Assembly (NCBI GenBank): GCA_964234715.1
Contig: OZ174281.1
Direction: 5' to 3' (one strand)
Length of the DNA: 64,000 bases
Source: Podarcis melisellensis
Taxonomy: Eukaryota
Positions 11,196-23,255 of the stretch are shown here, piece by piece. How positions within the stretch are numbered: position 1 is the stretch's first letter; every line of letters begins with the position of its first letter. The position numbers and the translations under genes were made by a program. Under the pieces are notes generated by a model that worked only from the letters and a program-made list of their open reading frames with translations, made no database searches and was not told where the DNA came from.

Positions 11196-13944
11196 GTACT
11201 ATACAGTGTGACAGCTGCACATTGAGTTTCCATGTTTACAAAATTGATTTCTTCATGAATTCTGAAGCCAAACACTCAGTTTACCACGGCATCTTTTTGC
11301 AGCGCAATAGGGGTCCTGTTGGAAGTTGCACTTAAATTAGTGTGCCTTGCTTATCTGGAGAAAGCTCTCGATGACAAATAGATTGTCAGATTGAGGTACA
11401 CCTCTATAGATCAGCTTTCTGAAGGCATTAGCTCCTGAAATGACACCGGGCAGAGGCAAAAAAAAAACATCCAATTATAAGGAAATCTCCTCTCAGGATA
11501 GGTTGCCAACATTTTGGGTTCATTATTAGATTTAATAATGCTACGAAAGAGCCCTGGAACTCTCGACTTTTATTTATTGCAACTCGGTGGCATTTGAGGA
11601 AGAGGCGATGCAGCACAAAGGTAAAGAATTGCCAGAGAAGAGCAGCTTGAGAATGGCTAAGATTAATGAACAGATAAAGACACATATGATTGCCTGCCTT
11701 TCCAGAACAAGCAGCTACCAGCTCATTAAGCCGGTGAGAACTCTTGAGACAGTTGTTACAAACAGCCTTGCTTTCAGCAGGAAATAGTGGCATCTCAGTT
11801 CACATTTATAAAGGCTTCTGGCATGACAGCAAGGGAAAAGCCTTAAAGGATGGCACATTTCTGCCAGAATGTGTGTGCTTGAAGGTGAGCCTAAGGAATG
11901 GTTGTTTCAAGGGGGGAAATGCCTTTTCTAGCAAACTTGTTCCAATAATCATCATAACAACATAATTTTGTATATATAGTAACCAATTACAAACAGATTC
12001 CACAGTAAATTATGCGTATCAGATAAACACACAATCCTTCCCAACAATTTATTACATTACATTTTTTTTAAAAGTATGTATTTTGTTATTACCTTCCTGT
12101 ACTGTAGTTAAAACCACTTAACCCCCTTGATTAACCTTTAACTCATTTACACCCTTTAGAATGAACAAGGAGTAGTGCAGCTGATGTGTTTTCTTGAGGC
12201 AATGTTGGTGTCAGCTTTTAGACTACAGAACTTTTTGCAAGCAGAGCAGAAATGTGCATAACTCTCAGGCATGCGAGTAGTGAGGTGGGTGACCTGAAGG
12301 ATTTGGAGGAAGAGTGTGATACAGATGTGAGAGATTCAAAAATAGATGCATGCACATAAAATTGGTCACAGTGTGGCCATAGCTAAGATAGGATGAGAAC
12401 TCTGGATTCCTTAGGTCTGGTCATCTTTCCACTGTACTAATGTGGGTCTTTTTCAGTAAAAGGCGAAAGATTTATACGATCTGAAGAGAGACCAGAGTGG
12501 GTCTTTTTCTATGGGAATGATATGCATCACATGCATGTATATACTTGGAACACTAAGGGCCAAACAAGATGACATGTGCCAGTAACATGGAAAACGCCAC
12601 ATGATCAGGTTTTACTGCCTTGCAACTCCTCTGTAGCAAAGTGAAAATTGACCTTGCAATTGGCTTACGCTGAAGCTGGCAGGGTGAATGGAACTGGTTG
12701 CAGCTGCTGACAAAGAGACAATCAGTCAAATGAAACAGGAGCAGGAGACACGGAGACCGAGTATAATAGCCTACAAGCACCTGCATCTCTGCAGGAATAT
12801 CCAGGTTGCCTGCATCTAAGGAATTTGGATTCTGCTCTGTTACTGCATCAAGGAGCATGAACACTGGGGTTCGTTGAAGCTGTGTATGTTCCATGGATAT
12901 GTAGAAGCACAGGATTTGTTACACAGCACAGTATCCACCAACTGGAGAAACTCGGTGACTTAAAACTGGGCTGTACCTGGAGAAACTCAAGAAGTCACTA
13001 GGGCAACTGAGCAGGTAGGTTGGAGTGGCATGTGGAGCTACTTTCTTCCCCTGTCTAGCCAAAGAACAAATTATGCAAACAATAAAAAATATGCAAGTTT
13101 GCATTCATGTTGGTTGCAAAATTATATCACCCTTGGCAAATAATACGGAATTTATTCTTTAGTAGGTAGCTCTGAAGGTCAAACTCTTCAAACAGAACTT
13201 TGGGGTTATATCAAGCTAAGTCATTCTCCGAGTGGATCTATTAAAATCAAAGGTCTTCCCCATCTGTACCACACATTTAAAGCAATATCACGCCACTTTA
13301 AACAATCAGTGCTTCCCCAAAGAATCATGGGAGCTGCATTTTGTTATGGGTGCTGAGAGTTCTTCATAGACCTCTTTTCCTGCCACAGTACTACAATTTA
13401 TAAAGCTTTCTGAGAAGGAGGATTGATTTTTAATTTTAATTTTAATTATTTTTTTATTGCTGATGGTAGCTCTGTGATGATTAAGTTAAGCCCACTGGGT
13501 CTACTCAGAGCAGGACATAGAGGCAGATCTATATTATCTAGAATGGCCTGTGCTTTTGTTGCTTGGTATAAATAACCCATTTTCCAGACTCATTCGAACT
13601 GCTGAAAAACTAAATGTTACCGCCACATGCACACATTTCCGTGCATGGATGGCTGGTGGGCACCTAAAGGAAAACTCCAAAGGTGAGGATTACACACATT
13701 TTCACTTAAATTGTTCTGTAACGTAAATGTAAACTCTACATTGGCAAACACGTTCATCTGATTTCTCTCCTTCCTGCTCCTCCTTGTTAGCACTCATACA
13801 TGTTAGAAATAGTGAGAGAGCTGCTGAATGCTGAAAGGCACTCAAGATGTAAATTAGAAACCACTGGAATTAGAAAACAAAAAAGTGTTTTGTTCCTGGG
13901 GTGGGCAGCCAATTCTGAGTTCACCCATACCCACGTCATCTGAC

Positions 13945-14005
<61 letters not shown>
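13945..14005. repeat. (AT)n(AG)n compound microsatellite
   Basis: Directly visible. Confidence 0.97.
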
Positions 14006-14007
<2 letters not shown>

Positions 14008-14327
14008 ACTTATTTGCTTACACCATTTTGAGACCCAAGTTCTCTGGCCGATTTACAAAAATCAATACAAATGCCCAAAAAACACCCCTCGGAACCAAGC
14101 ATAAAACACTACCAAAAACAAAAGAGATGAGCATAAAATGAAAATATATAGGGTTGTATTCAACTAACTTGCAAACCCATTGAAATTAATGACCATGACT
14201 AACTTTCCAAGGTATCTGCTCTGAGTAAAAGTTACTTGAGTCCAACTCGTGCGTGTGTGCATGCGCGTATACCACATAGTAAGGCTGGATAAATGCAAAT
14301 AAAGAAGAGAGGGAGACTAATCCCCAA

Positions 14328-14767
14328 TTTTTCCCAGTAGTGATGTATGGAAGTGAGAGCTGGACCATCAAGAAGGCTGATCCCCGAAGAATTGATGCTT
14401 ATGAATTATGGTGCTGGAGGAGACTCTTGAGAGTCCCATGGACTGCAAGTAGATCAAACATATCCATTCTTAAGGAAATCAGCCCTGAGTGCTCACTGGA
14501 AGGACAGATTGTGAAGCTGAGACTCCAATACTTTGGCCACCTCATGAGAAGACAAGACTCCCTGGAAAACACCCTGATGTTGGGAAAGATGGAGGGCACA
14601 AGGAGAAGGGGACGACAGAGGATGAGATGGTTGAACGGTGTTCTCGAAGCTACAAACATGAGTCTGACCAAACTGCGGGAGGCAGTGGAAGACAGGAGTG
14701 CCTGGCGTGCTCTGGCCCATGGGGTCACAAAGAGTCAGACACGACTAAACGACTAAACAACAACAAA
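14328..14767 (+). mobile_element. BovB (RTE clade) LINE, 5'-truncated 3' end
   Basis: ORF 14340-14756 MYGSESWTIKKADPRRIDAYELWCWRRLLRVPW...HGVTKSQTRLND; (CAA)n tail; TSD aatccccaa at 14319-14327 and 14768-14776. Confidence 0.95.
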
Positions 14768-15464
14768 AATCCCCAAATCTGTGCTGCTAGATAGGGTTAG
14801 GATCCAGTGGCCAACCCCATCTGCTGGAGGTAGAGGGAATTCCATCATCATGGAGGCATTCACTGAAGCCAGGCAGTTGAGAAGCTATCACCAGCAATGT
14901 CCCCATTGTCAAATGCCAGTGTAGGTTCCCAAAGTTGGCAATTGCAGGATGGAGGCAGACCACAGGCAGTTATGGATCTGCTGAATCCTAAGATATTCCA
15001 TTCCCTGAATGGAGTTCAGTTTGGGCCCCTCAGCTATATCAGTCCAGAGTTACCACAACAGCAATTTCCCTGCTGCTGACATGAGCAGTAGGTCCTGGGA
15101 TACTGTGGGTCTGAGCCATAGCTCCCTAGCTGTGGTTTGGATTTCGCTGTCCATAAATCAACCAGAGCACCCAGATTAACTGGCACCTGGAGATCTGATT
15201 CTTTTTTCTGGACTCTATACTTGGTCTGCATTAGGACCCTAGCTTCTGGGCTTTAGCAGTCTATGGGTGTCAGTCCTTGCCTTGTCAGTGAATAATGCTC
15301 TCCCAGATGTATCTCCTCCACTTTGAATTACTTACTGGAAGTGGAGGTTTGGAGGTGGTGGGGTCCATTACCCACTGTGAAGTCCATCTGAGCAGGATAT
15401 GTTTGTTGCATGCCAGGGCTTGAAGGCATCATCGTTGCCTAATATGGGCCAAGGTCAGATCTGA

Positions 15465-16150
15465 TTTTCTTTTTTTTAAATAATAATTTTAGTGATATAT
15501 CATAAACATGCACAAACTAACTTAACCATACAATAACAGAACTATACACAAATAGTATTCAGTATATATATAAAAAACAAATTACAGAGATGCAGTTATA
15601 TACTGTATAACCAAGGTTTTAAGATGAGTGTATATAGCCCAACTAGGGACGCAGGTGGCGCTGTGGGTTAAAGCCTCAGCGCCTAGGACTTGCCGATCGA
15701 AAGGTCGGCAGTTCGAATCCCTGCGGCGGGGTGCGCTCCCGCTGCTCGGTCCCAGCGCCTGCCAACCTAGCAGTTCGAAAGCACCTCCGGGTGCAAGTAG
15801 ATAAATAGGGACCGCTTACCAGCGGGAAGGTAAACGGCGTTTCCGTGTGCGGCTCTGGCTCGCCAGAGCAGCGATGTCACGCTGGCTACGTGACCCGGAA
15901 GTGTCTCCGGACAGCGCTGGCCCCTGGCCTCTTAAGTGAGATGGGCGCACAACCCCAGAGTCTGTCAAGACTGGCCCGTACGGGCAGGGGTACCTTTACC
16001 TTTACCTATATAGCCCAAATGCAATGAGGGCTTTGGGAGGAGTACTTGTATGACTCTCCCTGTTTATATAATCAAAAAATGGAGACCAGCCTGAGTCAAA
16101 ACTATGCAGTTTGGCTTCACTCCAGATTCCACGTCTGTGTCTGACCAGAC
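15465..16150 (-). mobile_element. Probable L1 3' end, interrupted by the Sauria SINE at 15643
   Basis: Minus-strand peptide HSFDSGWSPFFDYIN resembles the non-mammalian L1 ORF2 C-terminal FxxxWxPFxxY motif; T-run at 15465-15477 would be the poly(A). Confidence 0.45.
15643..16006 (+). mobile_element. Sauria SINE, young CpG-rich subfamily
   Basis: GGGACGCAGGTGGCGCTGTGGG head, GTTCGAATCC B box, (ACCTTT) tail, 12-bp TSD tatatagcccaa at 15631-15642 and 16007-16018. Confidence 0.95.
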
Positions 16151-16522
16151 CAGACCTGATTTTCAATAAATCTAGGAAGAGGTGGATATCTAAAATACAG
16201 GGTCTGATTGCGCATGTTTTAGTTTGATGCCATCTGCACGAAAGACAGTTTCATAAGAAGATGCAAACCCTGCCAAAATCAGTACCTTAAAAAGAATTAA
16301 TAAAACCGCCAGTGAGAAACAAAATGTAATAATCATTGCTCAACACTGCTACATCTCACTCTACGTTGGAAAATCTTCTCTCCCCAACCCCCATCCCAAC
16401 CACCTTCTGTTATTTTAAAATACAAGGGCATCTGTAACTAGGTAGTGACAGAAGCAGCTTAATCCCAGAATTACAAAGTTCCTACGTCTCATTTCTCAGA
16501 TGCCTCAAATGAAAATGTGCTA

Positions 16523-16751
16523 CAGGCAACTCCCAGTTTATGTGGGGGTTAGGTTCCAAGGCACAGCATGTTTAAGTGAAAGCGTGTATATTTGGAACAC
16601 TGTTGAAAAAGCCTGCAAACACCTCATTTCGCCTCTGCGCCAGCCCGTTCATCTCCTTTTTGTGGCATTTTTATGTCACTTCCGGGCTCAGTGCAATGCC
16701 TGCGTGTGCAGTTGCCCCCATATCAGGCACGCTTAAAACGGTTGCTGCCTG
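16523..16751. mobile_element. Probable Tc1/mariner MITE
   Basis: TA-CAGGCAAC...GCTGCCTG-TA termini. Confidence 0.55.
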
Positions 16752-16932
16752 TACATAAATGCAAATTATCATATTGGCAGCTAGGAACTGGGGCAAATAA
16801 GACAGACCTGCAATGCCACTGCAGCTATAGGAATGAATTAATAAAGGTGTATCAGATGCTTGCTCTTGTTCTCTGTTGCAGTTTGTAAGAAGAGGCATTC
16901 AAAAATATTTATGTGAGTTGAACAAGCAAGTA

Positions 16933-16934
<2 letters not shown>

Positions 16935-16997
<63 letters not shown>
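16935..16997. repeat. (AT)n microsatellite
   Basis: Directly visible. Confidence 0.97.
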
Positions 16998-17000
<3 letters not shown>

Positions 17001-17617
17001 AAGAGTTTCAAGCATGATTTTCACATTACAGCTTTATTATCCTGGCAGGTTTTTGAATTCATTTATGGAACATCATTACATCTGCTGCATAGAGCACTCC
17101 AAGGAATTGTTACAGGTGTGCCCTACCTGTTGCTTACGATGTCTGGACTGGTATTGCTAAAATAATAGATAGAAAAACATTCTTGGTTTGAAAGCATTTA
17201 CCACCAGTTTAACTAGATGTGTCAGTCGAAACCAGGCGAATAATGTTCTTTAAAAATTCCCTGGGGCAAATATTGTTGTATCATTAGCACATAGCATAAT
17301 TTCGCAATTGATTGAAATGGAAGCAGAACTTGATTTATTTTCTTCCACCCTGTGTAAAGTGGGGGGGGGGGGACCAAAATGAAATTTTGCACTGGTTTCC
17401 TAGGGTGCTATATCCCAACCAAGTGCCCCGGACAAAATCCCTATTTAGGTTCCTCCCTGTGCATCGAAAAACAGATGAAGAAAAGCCCCACCCCCTCCAG
17501 CTCATCATTCCTACACATTTTAGAGCCCTGAGGGTTCTCCACATGATTTAGAGCCCTTCACAATTAGGGTTTTGTATTGTGGAGGGAGCCTCTATAAGTA
17601 GTAACGGCTCCCTACTT

Positions 17618-17750
17618 CAGACATTAAAAACTTCCCTAAACAGGGCTGTCTTCAGATGTCTTCTAAAAGTCAGATAGTTGTTTATTTCCTTGACATCTGA
17701 TAGGAGGGCATTCCACAGGGTGGGTGCCACTACTAAAAAGGCCCTCTGTC
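17618..17750 (-). mobile_element. L2 3' fragment
   Basis: Homologous to 983-1110 and 53696-53830. Confidence 0.8.
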
Positions 17751-18034
17751 TTAGAGTATTAAAGTATTAAAGCATGGCACCTCCTTCCCAAAGCCTGGGA
17801 AGCCTCTGCCTGGCTTAGGGAGTGGGGCAAAATGCTCATACATGTGACGTTGAGACGTTGTGAGGTCTGGCTCACGTTCCCCACTCCAATTGCCCTCGCA
17901 AATCAGTGCCTCTGGCCCTAACTGTTCCCCTATGAAAAAAAATCACTGCATGCCACTGGTGTGATTCGTGCATCCCAGCACAGAGCGGGTGGAGAGATAA
18001 GATGCAATCTCTCTCCCACTCTCTAATGGACATA

Positions 18035-18272
18035 CTGTTGTTTTTCATGTATAACCCGCCCCTGTGTATAAGACTCCCCCTATTTTGGGGGACTCCAAAT
18101 TAGAAAAATGGGGGGAGATTGCCCAGAGTTGTGTAGCTTTGGGGGGGGAGGATTGCCCAGAGTTCTTGAGCTTTTTTTTAGGGGGGGTTTGCCGAAAATC
18201 TCTCACCCGCCGGTCACTTACGCACAATTTTCTAAGAAAAAAACACCTCGTCTTATACACGGAATAGTACAG
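18035..18272. mobile_element. Tc1/mariner-pogo type MITE
   Basis: Imperfect TIR ctgttgtttttcatgtataa / ttatacacggaatagtacag, preceded by TA; internal tgtataagac/gtcttataca inverted motif. Confidence 0.65.
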
Positions 18273-19799
18273 TTCATAGGTGATTGTAGAAAAGTTGTAG
18301 TCTCTGATCTGGCCCTCTTCTCCGTAGCACAACGGACCTGCAAGTTAACTTTTGTTCTTGCCTATTTAATCTTAACAAATATTTGCAATGCATTATTATT
18401 ATTGCATTCTGCTATCTTAAATTTGGTTTCATTGGTCACTTGTTATTCGGCTGTTTAGAAGGTGGGCTGGTCTTCTTGCCTTTGACAGTCCAGATTGATA
18501 AGCTTACATCTACCTTGTCCCTTGCCCCTGGATTGTGAGGGAAATGAGGGAGAGGTCCTTCCTCGGTTATTTTCCCCACATGCACACATTTCAGGGAAAT
18601 AGCTTGCCCTTAATTAACATTCCACTCATGTACCCAGTTCTTAAGTTGCGGAAATGGCTTTAGCAAGAGGAAGCCTATACTTAGGAGAGTTTTCCCTGGA
18701 TGGCTCTTTCTAAAGCAGCACTACAGGAATGCAAACACACAAGAGGTTTTGAGAACAACAAGGTCATAGAAACAATAACTATCACAAATGACTGCTAATA
18801 ATGTATATTTTTCCTCTTTAACTACCATCCACACTGCTGTCCCACTTCTGAATAATACAGCTGTGAAGGTAATTAATTAATGTAGGAATGGGGTTTAATA
18901 ATAGCACAAGCTCTCTCATTGGTTGCTGGCACCAGCTACCATGCTGATAACAGGTCCCTGCCATTGTTGTCACCTCACTAGAAAATTAGCATTTAATTAA
19001 CTTAGGGAGCTGTGGAATCATTTTGATGCAAGACTTATTTGTATCTTTCAAAATTCAACGCTCCTTTTTAAAGCAGGATAATCCAGATGTGCAGGCTAGT
19101 GGGGTGCAACCCCCCCCCAAACCCCACAGAGCAACAACTCTGGGAGCTGGCTGGGCAGCTGCAATGGTTACCCTGGGTTTAGGAGAAATCAGAATGATTA
19201 AAAACCCTGCTCACAGATTGCTTCTGATATGTGCACAATGGAATAAACAGATCTTCCGCTGGTATTTTATTCTCAGTTTTAAAAGTTTATTTCTGATCTA
19301 CGCTACACCCTACCTCAAGAGCACCAGATGGGTAATGGTTTAATGCAGACATAAAAATGAGATGGTTTTCTGCCCTAAAGACTCACAATTGTGAAATACC
19401 TGAAGTCACTGGAGCACATCTTTGAATTTGAATGTCTATTGCCTGAATCTTTTGTAGAGTTAACTCTTCTACATGAAAGCTCTTTCTTCCTTGTGGCACT
19501 CTTTCTTGATATATATATTTTTAAGGCAGGTGAATATCCTTAGGACATGCTATACAGGGCCTGGTGGATCAGCCCATAAGTTTATCTCATTCAGCATTCT
19601 CTTTCTGACTGTAGCCAGCTTAACACCTTGGGGAAGCCCACAAGCAAGCAAAAGCTATTCCCCATTGTTTGCTCTCTCCAACTGGTGCATTGCCTTTGAT
19701 GCCTAGTCTCAGGGTACAGGAAGCCACCTCCTTACTGAACCCTAAGAACGTCTAGGTCTTGTCAATGCCTGGGAACCACATGCTGATACACTTCCAGAT

Positions 19800-20095
19800 T
19801 CATTTCAAGGTTCTGATGTTTCTGCTGGCTTCCTTCTGTCTTGGGTGACAATGGAGGAGTGAAATCAAACTGTTAGAAGGTCTCAGCACCTGCTGTGGCT
19901 GTAGAGCCTGACACAGGAGAGTCATGTTTTGTTGCAGCTGGGGCAGATTGGTTGTGCTGCTGCAGATGTACCATGGCGTTTCTTCTTTCTGCACTCCTCC
20001 TCTGGTCACTACTGTGTCCTGACTGCCTGTATCTAGGCACTGTGGTCTGCAAGGGATTCCCAAATGGTGGGGTTGATGTTGCCAGCCTTCTGCAT
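19800..20095 (-). mobile_element. RTE-clade LINE 3' fragment (non-BovB)
   Basis: Homologous to 34826-34953, which encodes the terminal CPxCxxxCxSxIGLxSH zinc finger. Confidence 0.65.
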
Positions 20096-20438
20096 CTTTG
20101 TAGCGCAGAGTTGGTTATTGTATAAGGTCCTAAATAGCTTGGGTCTAAATAGCTTGAAGGAGCACCTCTTCCTGTTATCCGCCCGCTCAATCTTTAAGGT
20201 CTTCAGAGGAAGTCCTGCTTGTGGTTCTGCCTATGAATATTGGTGGCCTGGGACAGGACCTTCTCTCTTATGGAATTCCTTGCCTCTTGAGACGCAGAGG
20301 GCATCTTCAGTGCTGAACTTCCATTCATGTATCCATTCACCAAAACCTTTGGAATATACAGAGATGGTGGACTGTGACTTAGAATGTTTTTATTCCCTGC
20401 TGTATTATGGTTTTTTGAGCTGAATTATGCTTTGGCTT

Positions 20439-20844
20439 AGAAGGCTCAGAAGGCTGATAGCCAAAGAATTGATGCTTTTGAATTATGGCGCTGGAGGAGA
20501 CTCTTGAGAGTCCCATGGACTGCAAGAAGATCAAACCTCTCCATTCTTAAGGAAATCAGCCCTGAGTGCTCACTGGAAGGACAAATCCTGAAGCTGAGGC
20601 TCCAATACTTGGGCCACCTCATGAGAAGAGAAGACTCCCTGGAAAAGACCCTGATGTTGGGAAAGATGGAAGGCACAAGGAGAAGGGGACAACATAGGAC
20701 GAGATGGTTGGACAGTGTTCTCGAAGCTACCAGCATGAGTTTGACCAAACTGCGGGAGGCAGTGGAAGACAGGAGTGCCTGGCGTGCTCTGGTCCATGGG
20801 GTCACGAAGAGTCGGACACGACTAAACGACTAAACAACAACAAC
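20439..20844 (+). mobile_element. BovB LINE 3' end
   Basis: ORF RVPWTARRSNLSILKEISPECSLEG...HGVTKSRTRLND; 12-bp TSD atgctttggctt at 20427-20438 and 20845-20856. Confidence 0.95.
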
Positions 20845-21197
20845 ATGCTTTGGCTTTCAGATGATTGTTTCCTGATTCATTGGGTTTGCATTTCATGTTT
20901 TGAGCCCATGGGTATTGCGAATTAACAGCAGTCTGTAACCAAGAAATAACAACACTGTCTGCCAATTAGCTACCGGGTTAAATTCAAGGTGTTGGACTGG
21001 TGTACAAAGCCCCATGCAGCTAAGAACCAGGATACCTGCGATATTGTCTTATCCCTCACATGCCTAACTGATCGCTTCATTCTGCAGGAGAGGGAATCCT
21101 GCAAATACCATCCTAGCAAGAGATCTTTTCTTCACCAGGTCAGAATCTGACCTTTAGTGTGGAGCTGCCCATCATTTGGAACCCCTCCCATTATATA

Positions 21198-21332
21198 TAG
21201 AATCATAGAGTTGGAAGGGACCACAAATATCATCTAGTCCAACCACCTGCAATGCAGGAATATTTTGCTCAGTGTGGGGCTCAAACCCACAACCCTGAGA
21301 TTAAGAGTCTCATGGTGTACCAACTGAGCTAT
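21198..21332 (-). mobile_element. tRNA-Lys-derived SINE with CR1-type tail
   Basis: Minus strand TAGCTCAGTTGG...GAGACTCTTAATCTCAGGGTTGTGGGTTTGAGCCCCAC followed by GGTCCCTTCCAACTCTATGATTCTA; copy at 51674-51808. Confidence 0.8.
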
Positions 21333-21502
21333 GTTGGGCTATCAGACAGGCATTTCCTTTTTGGAGCCCACTGAAGATGTCCCTCTTTCAACAAGCCTCC
21401 TAAATGGAGATTTTTTTATCTCAATATTAGATTTAGAAGGAAGGCAGGATATGTAAGGAAATGCAAAATAAATGCCTTTCAAGTGCCATCCTCTATGAAT
21501 TT

Positions 21503-21876
21503 GGGGTGAGCTCCCGTTGCTCAGTCCCTGTGCCTGCCAACTTAGCAGTTTGGAAACACATTGAAGTGCAAGTAGATAAATAGGTACCACTCCGGCGGGA
21601 AGGTAAACGGTGTTTCTGTGCACTGTTCTGGTTCACCAGAAGCGGCTTAGTCATGCTGGCCACATGACCTGGAAGCTGTACACCAGCTCCCTTGGCCAAT
21701 AAAGCGAGATGAGCGCCACAACCCCAGCATAGCTGTCAGCGTTTCCCTTTTTGAAAGGGAAATTCCCTTATTCTGAATAGGATTCTTCGCAAGAAAAGGG
21801 AAAAGTTGACAGCTATGAACCCCAGAGTCATCCACGACTAGACCTAATGGTCAGGGGTCCCTTTACCTTTACCTTT
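21503..21876 (+). mobile_element. Sauria SINE, 5'-truncated, carrying a nested hAT MITE
   Basis: SINE body is contiguous once 21728-21825 is removed; (ACCTTT) tail. Confidence 0.92.
21728..21817. mobile_element. 90-bp hAT MITE
   Basis: TIR CATAGCTGTCA(G/A)C(G/T)TTTCCCTTTT, 24 bp with 2 mismatches; perfect 8-bp TSD aaccccag at 21720-21727 and 21818-21825. Confidence 0.92.
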
Positions 21877-22405
21877 AAGTCATGTAGCTGCTGCTGCCAC
21901 ATCTTATGCCAACGAATTCTGTAATTATATAGCATGAAAAGAAAGACTTCCCTTTATTTGTCCTGAACCTTCTGCCTTGTGTGTTCTAAGTGACTTATTT
22001 GTACTCCCACGGGAAGCCTCTTTCCTGGCATCACCATGACTAGAGTGACTTATTTTGTTCTTCTGCAGCCTGTGAAGCAGCCTGCCACTTGCTGCAGGGG
22101 AGGGGAGTGGCAACCAGATATTATACTCTCATCGAAAGGGATTGGTGGCTGTGTTGCAAAGGGCCGAGTCCCGGGAGGGTTGCTCATTCCTGCCATTACA
22201 GCAGGCTGACAGGTAGGGACTGACAGCACCCATCAATCATGCCTTTAACGGCCTGAACCTTTGCCATTTCTTTTTCTGAGAGCAGCAGCCAAGCAGACAA
22301 GCTGTGTTGTGCTGTCAATGAGGTAAAAGTCCTTGGTGTCAGAACTTCTCCTGAGGGGGTTCTCCACTGTTGTGCATTTTGAGTTGAGAGCAGCTGCCCT
22401 CTGTC

Positions 22406-22409
<4 letters not shown>

Positions 22410-22463
<54 letters not shown>
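22410..22463. repeat. (CT)n microsatellite
   Basis: Directly visible. Confidence 0.97.
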
Positions 22464-22466
<3 letters not shown>

Positions 22467-23119
22467 GCTATTATTATTATTTTAACCTGACCATGAGGTG
22501 AATGATAACATGACTAGGGAATGGGACGGAATTATGATCAACCCAGATGTTTCTTCAATCTCTGTGTGTACACTGGATTTGCTTGACACCGTGATAGGTT
22601 TGTGGTGTGACAGAAGCCTGAGTGGGACAATCCAATTAAATTGGCTGGCTCCTGATATCCTTTTCAATAGAAATGAGACATTAACATAGAAGTAGACTCC
22701 TAGGGGCTGAGGCAGTTTCAGTCTCCCCATTGTATTTTTTGATGGGTGTGGCTGAGCATGCTATGGAATGTTGAATATCAGGTGGAAAATAAAGATCTGA
22801 AATGGTGAGCAAAATGGCTTTCTTGCACACCTAGCCGATTATGGTTTTCCAGGGAAAGTCTTGAGATCCTGATCTGTTATGGAGTGAAGATGTTGTGGAG
22901 TGCAGATCTCATGACAGAACTAATAACAGATATCAGCACCAATGATCTAACATATATATCGCAAAACTATTATGACTGGGAAAGCTTGTTTTGAAGGCAT
23001 GGCAATGAAAAGAGGCTAGAAATGTGTTTTCGGTTTACTAGACATTTCCTCCTATTACGTCAGATAAACACTAGGTTCCTATTGACCATATAAAATTCTG
23101 GGAAACAGAAGCTCTAAAA

Positions 23120-23255
23120 CAGGCATCCCCAATCTGCGGCCCTCCAGATGTTTTGGCCTACAACTCCCATGATCCCTAGCTAACAGTATCAGTCATGAGG
23201 GATGATGGGAACTGTAGTCCAAAACATCTGGTGGGCCGAAGGTTGGGGATGCCTG
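23120..23255. mobile_element. Palindromic hAT (Charlie-like) MITE
   Basis: TIR CAGGCATCCCCAA / TTGGGGATGCCTG; TSD ctctaaaa/ccctaaag. Confidence 0.85.
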
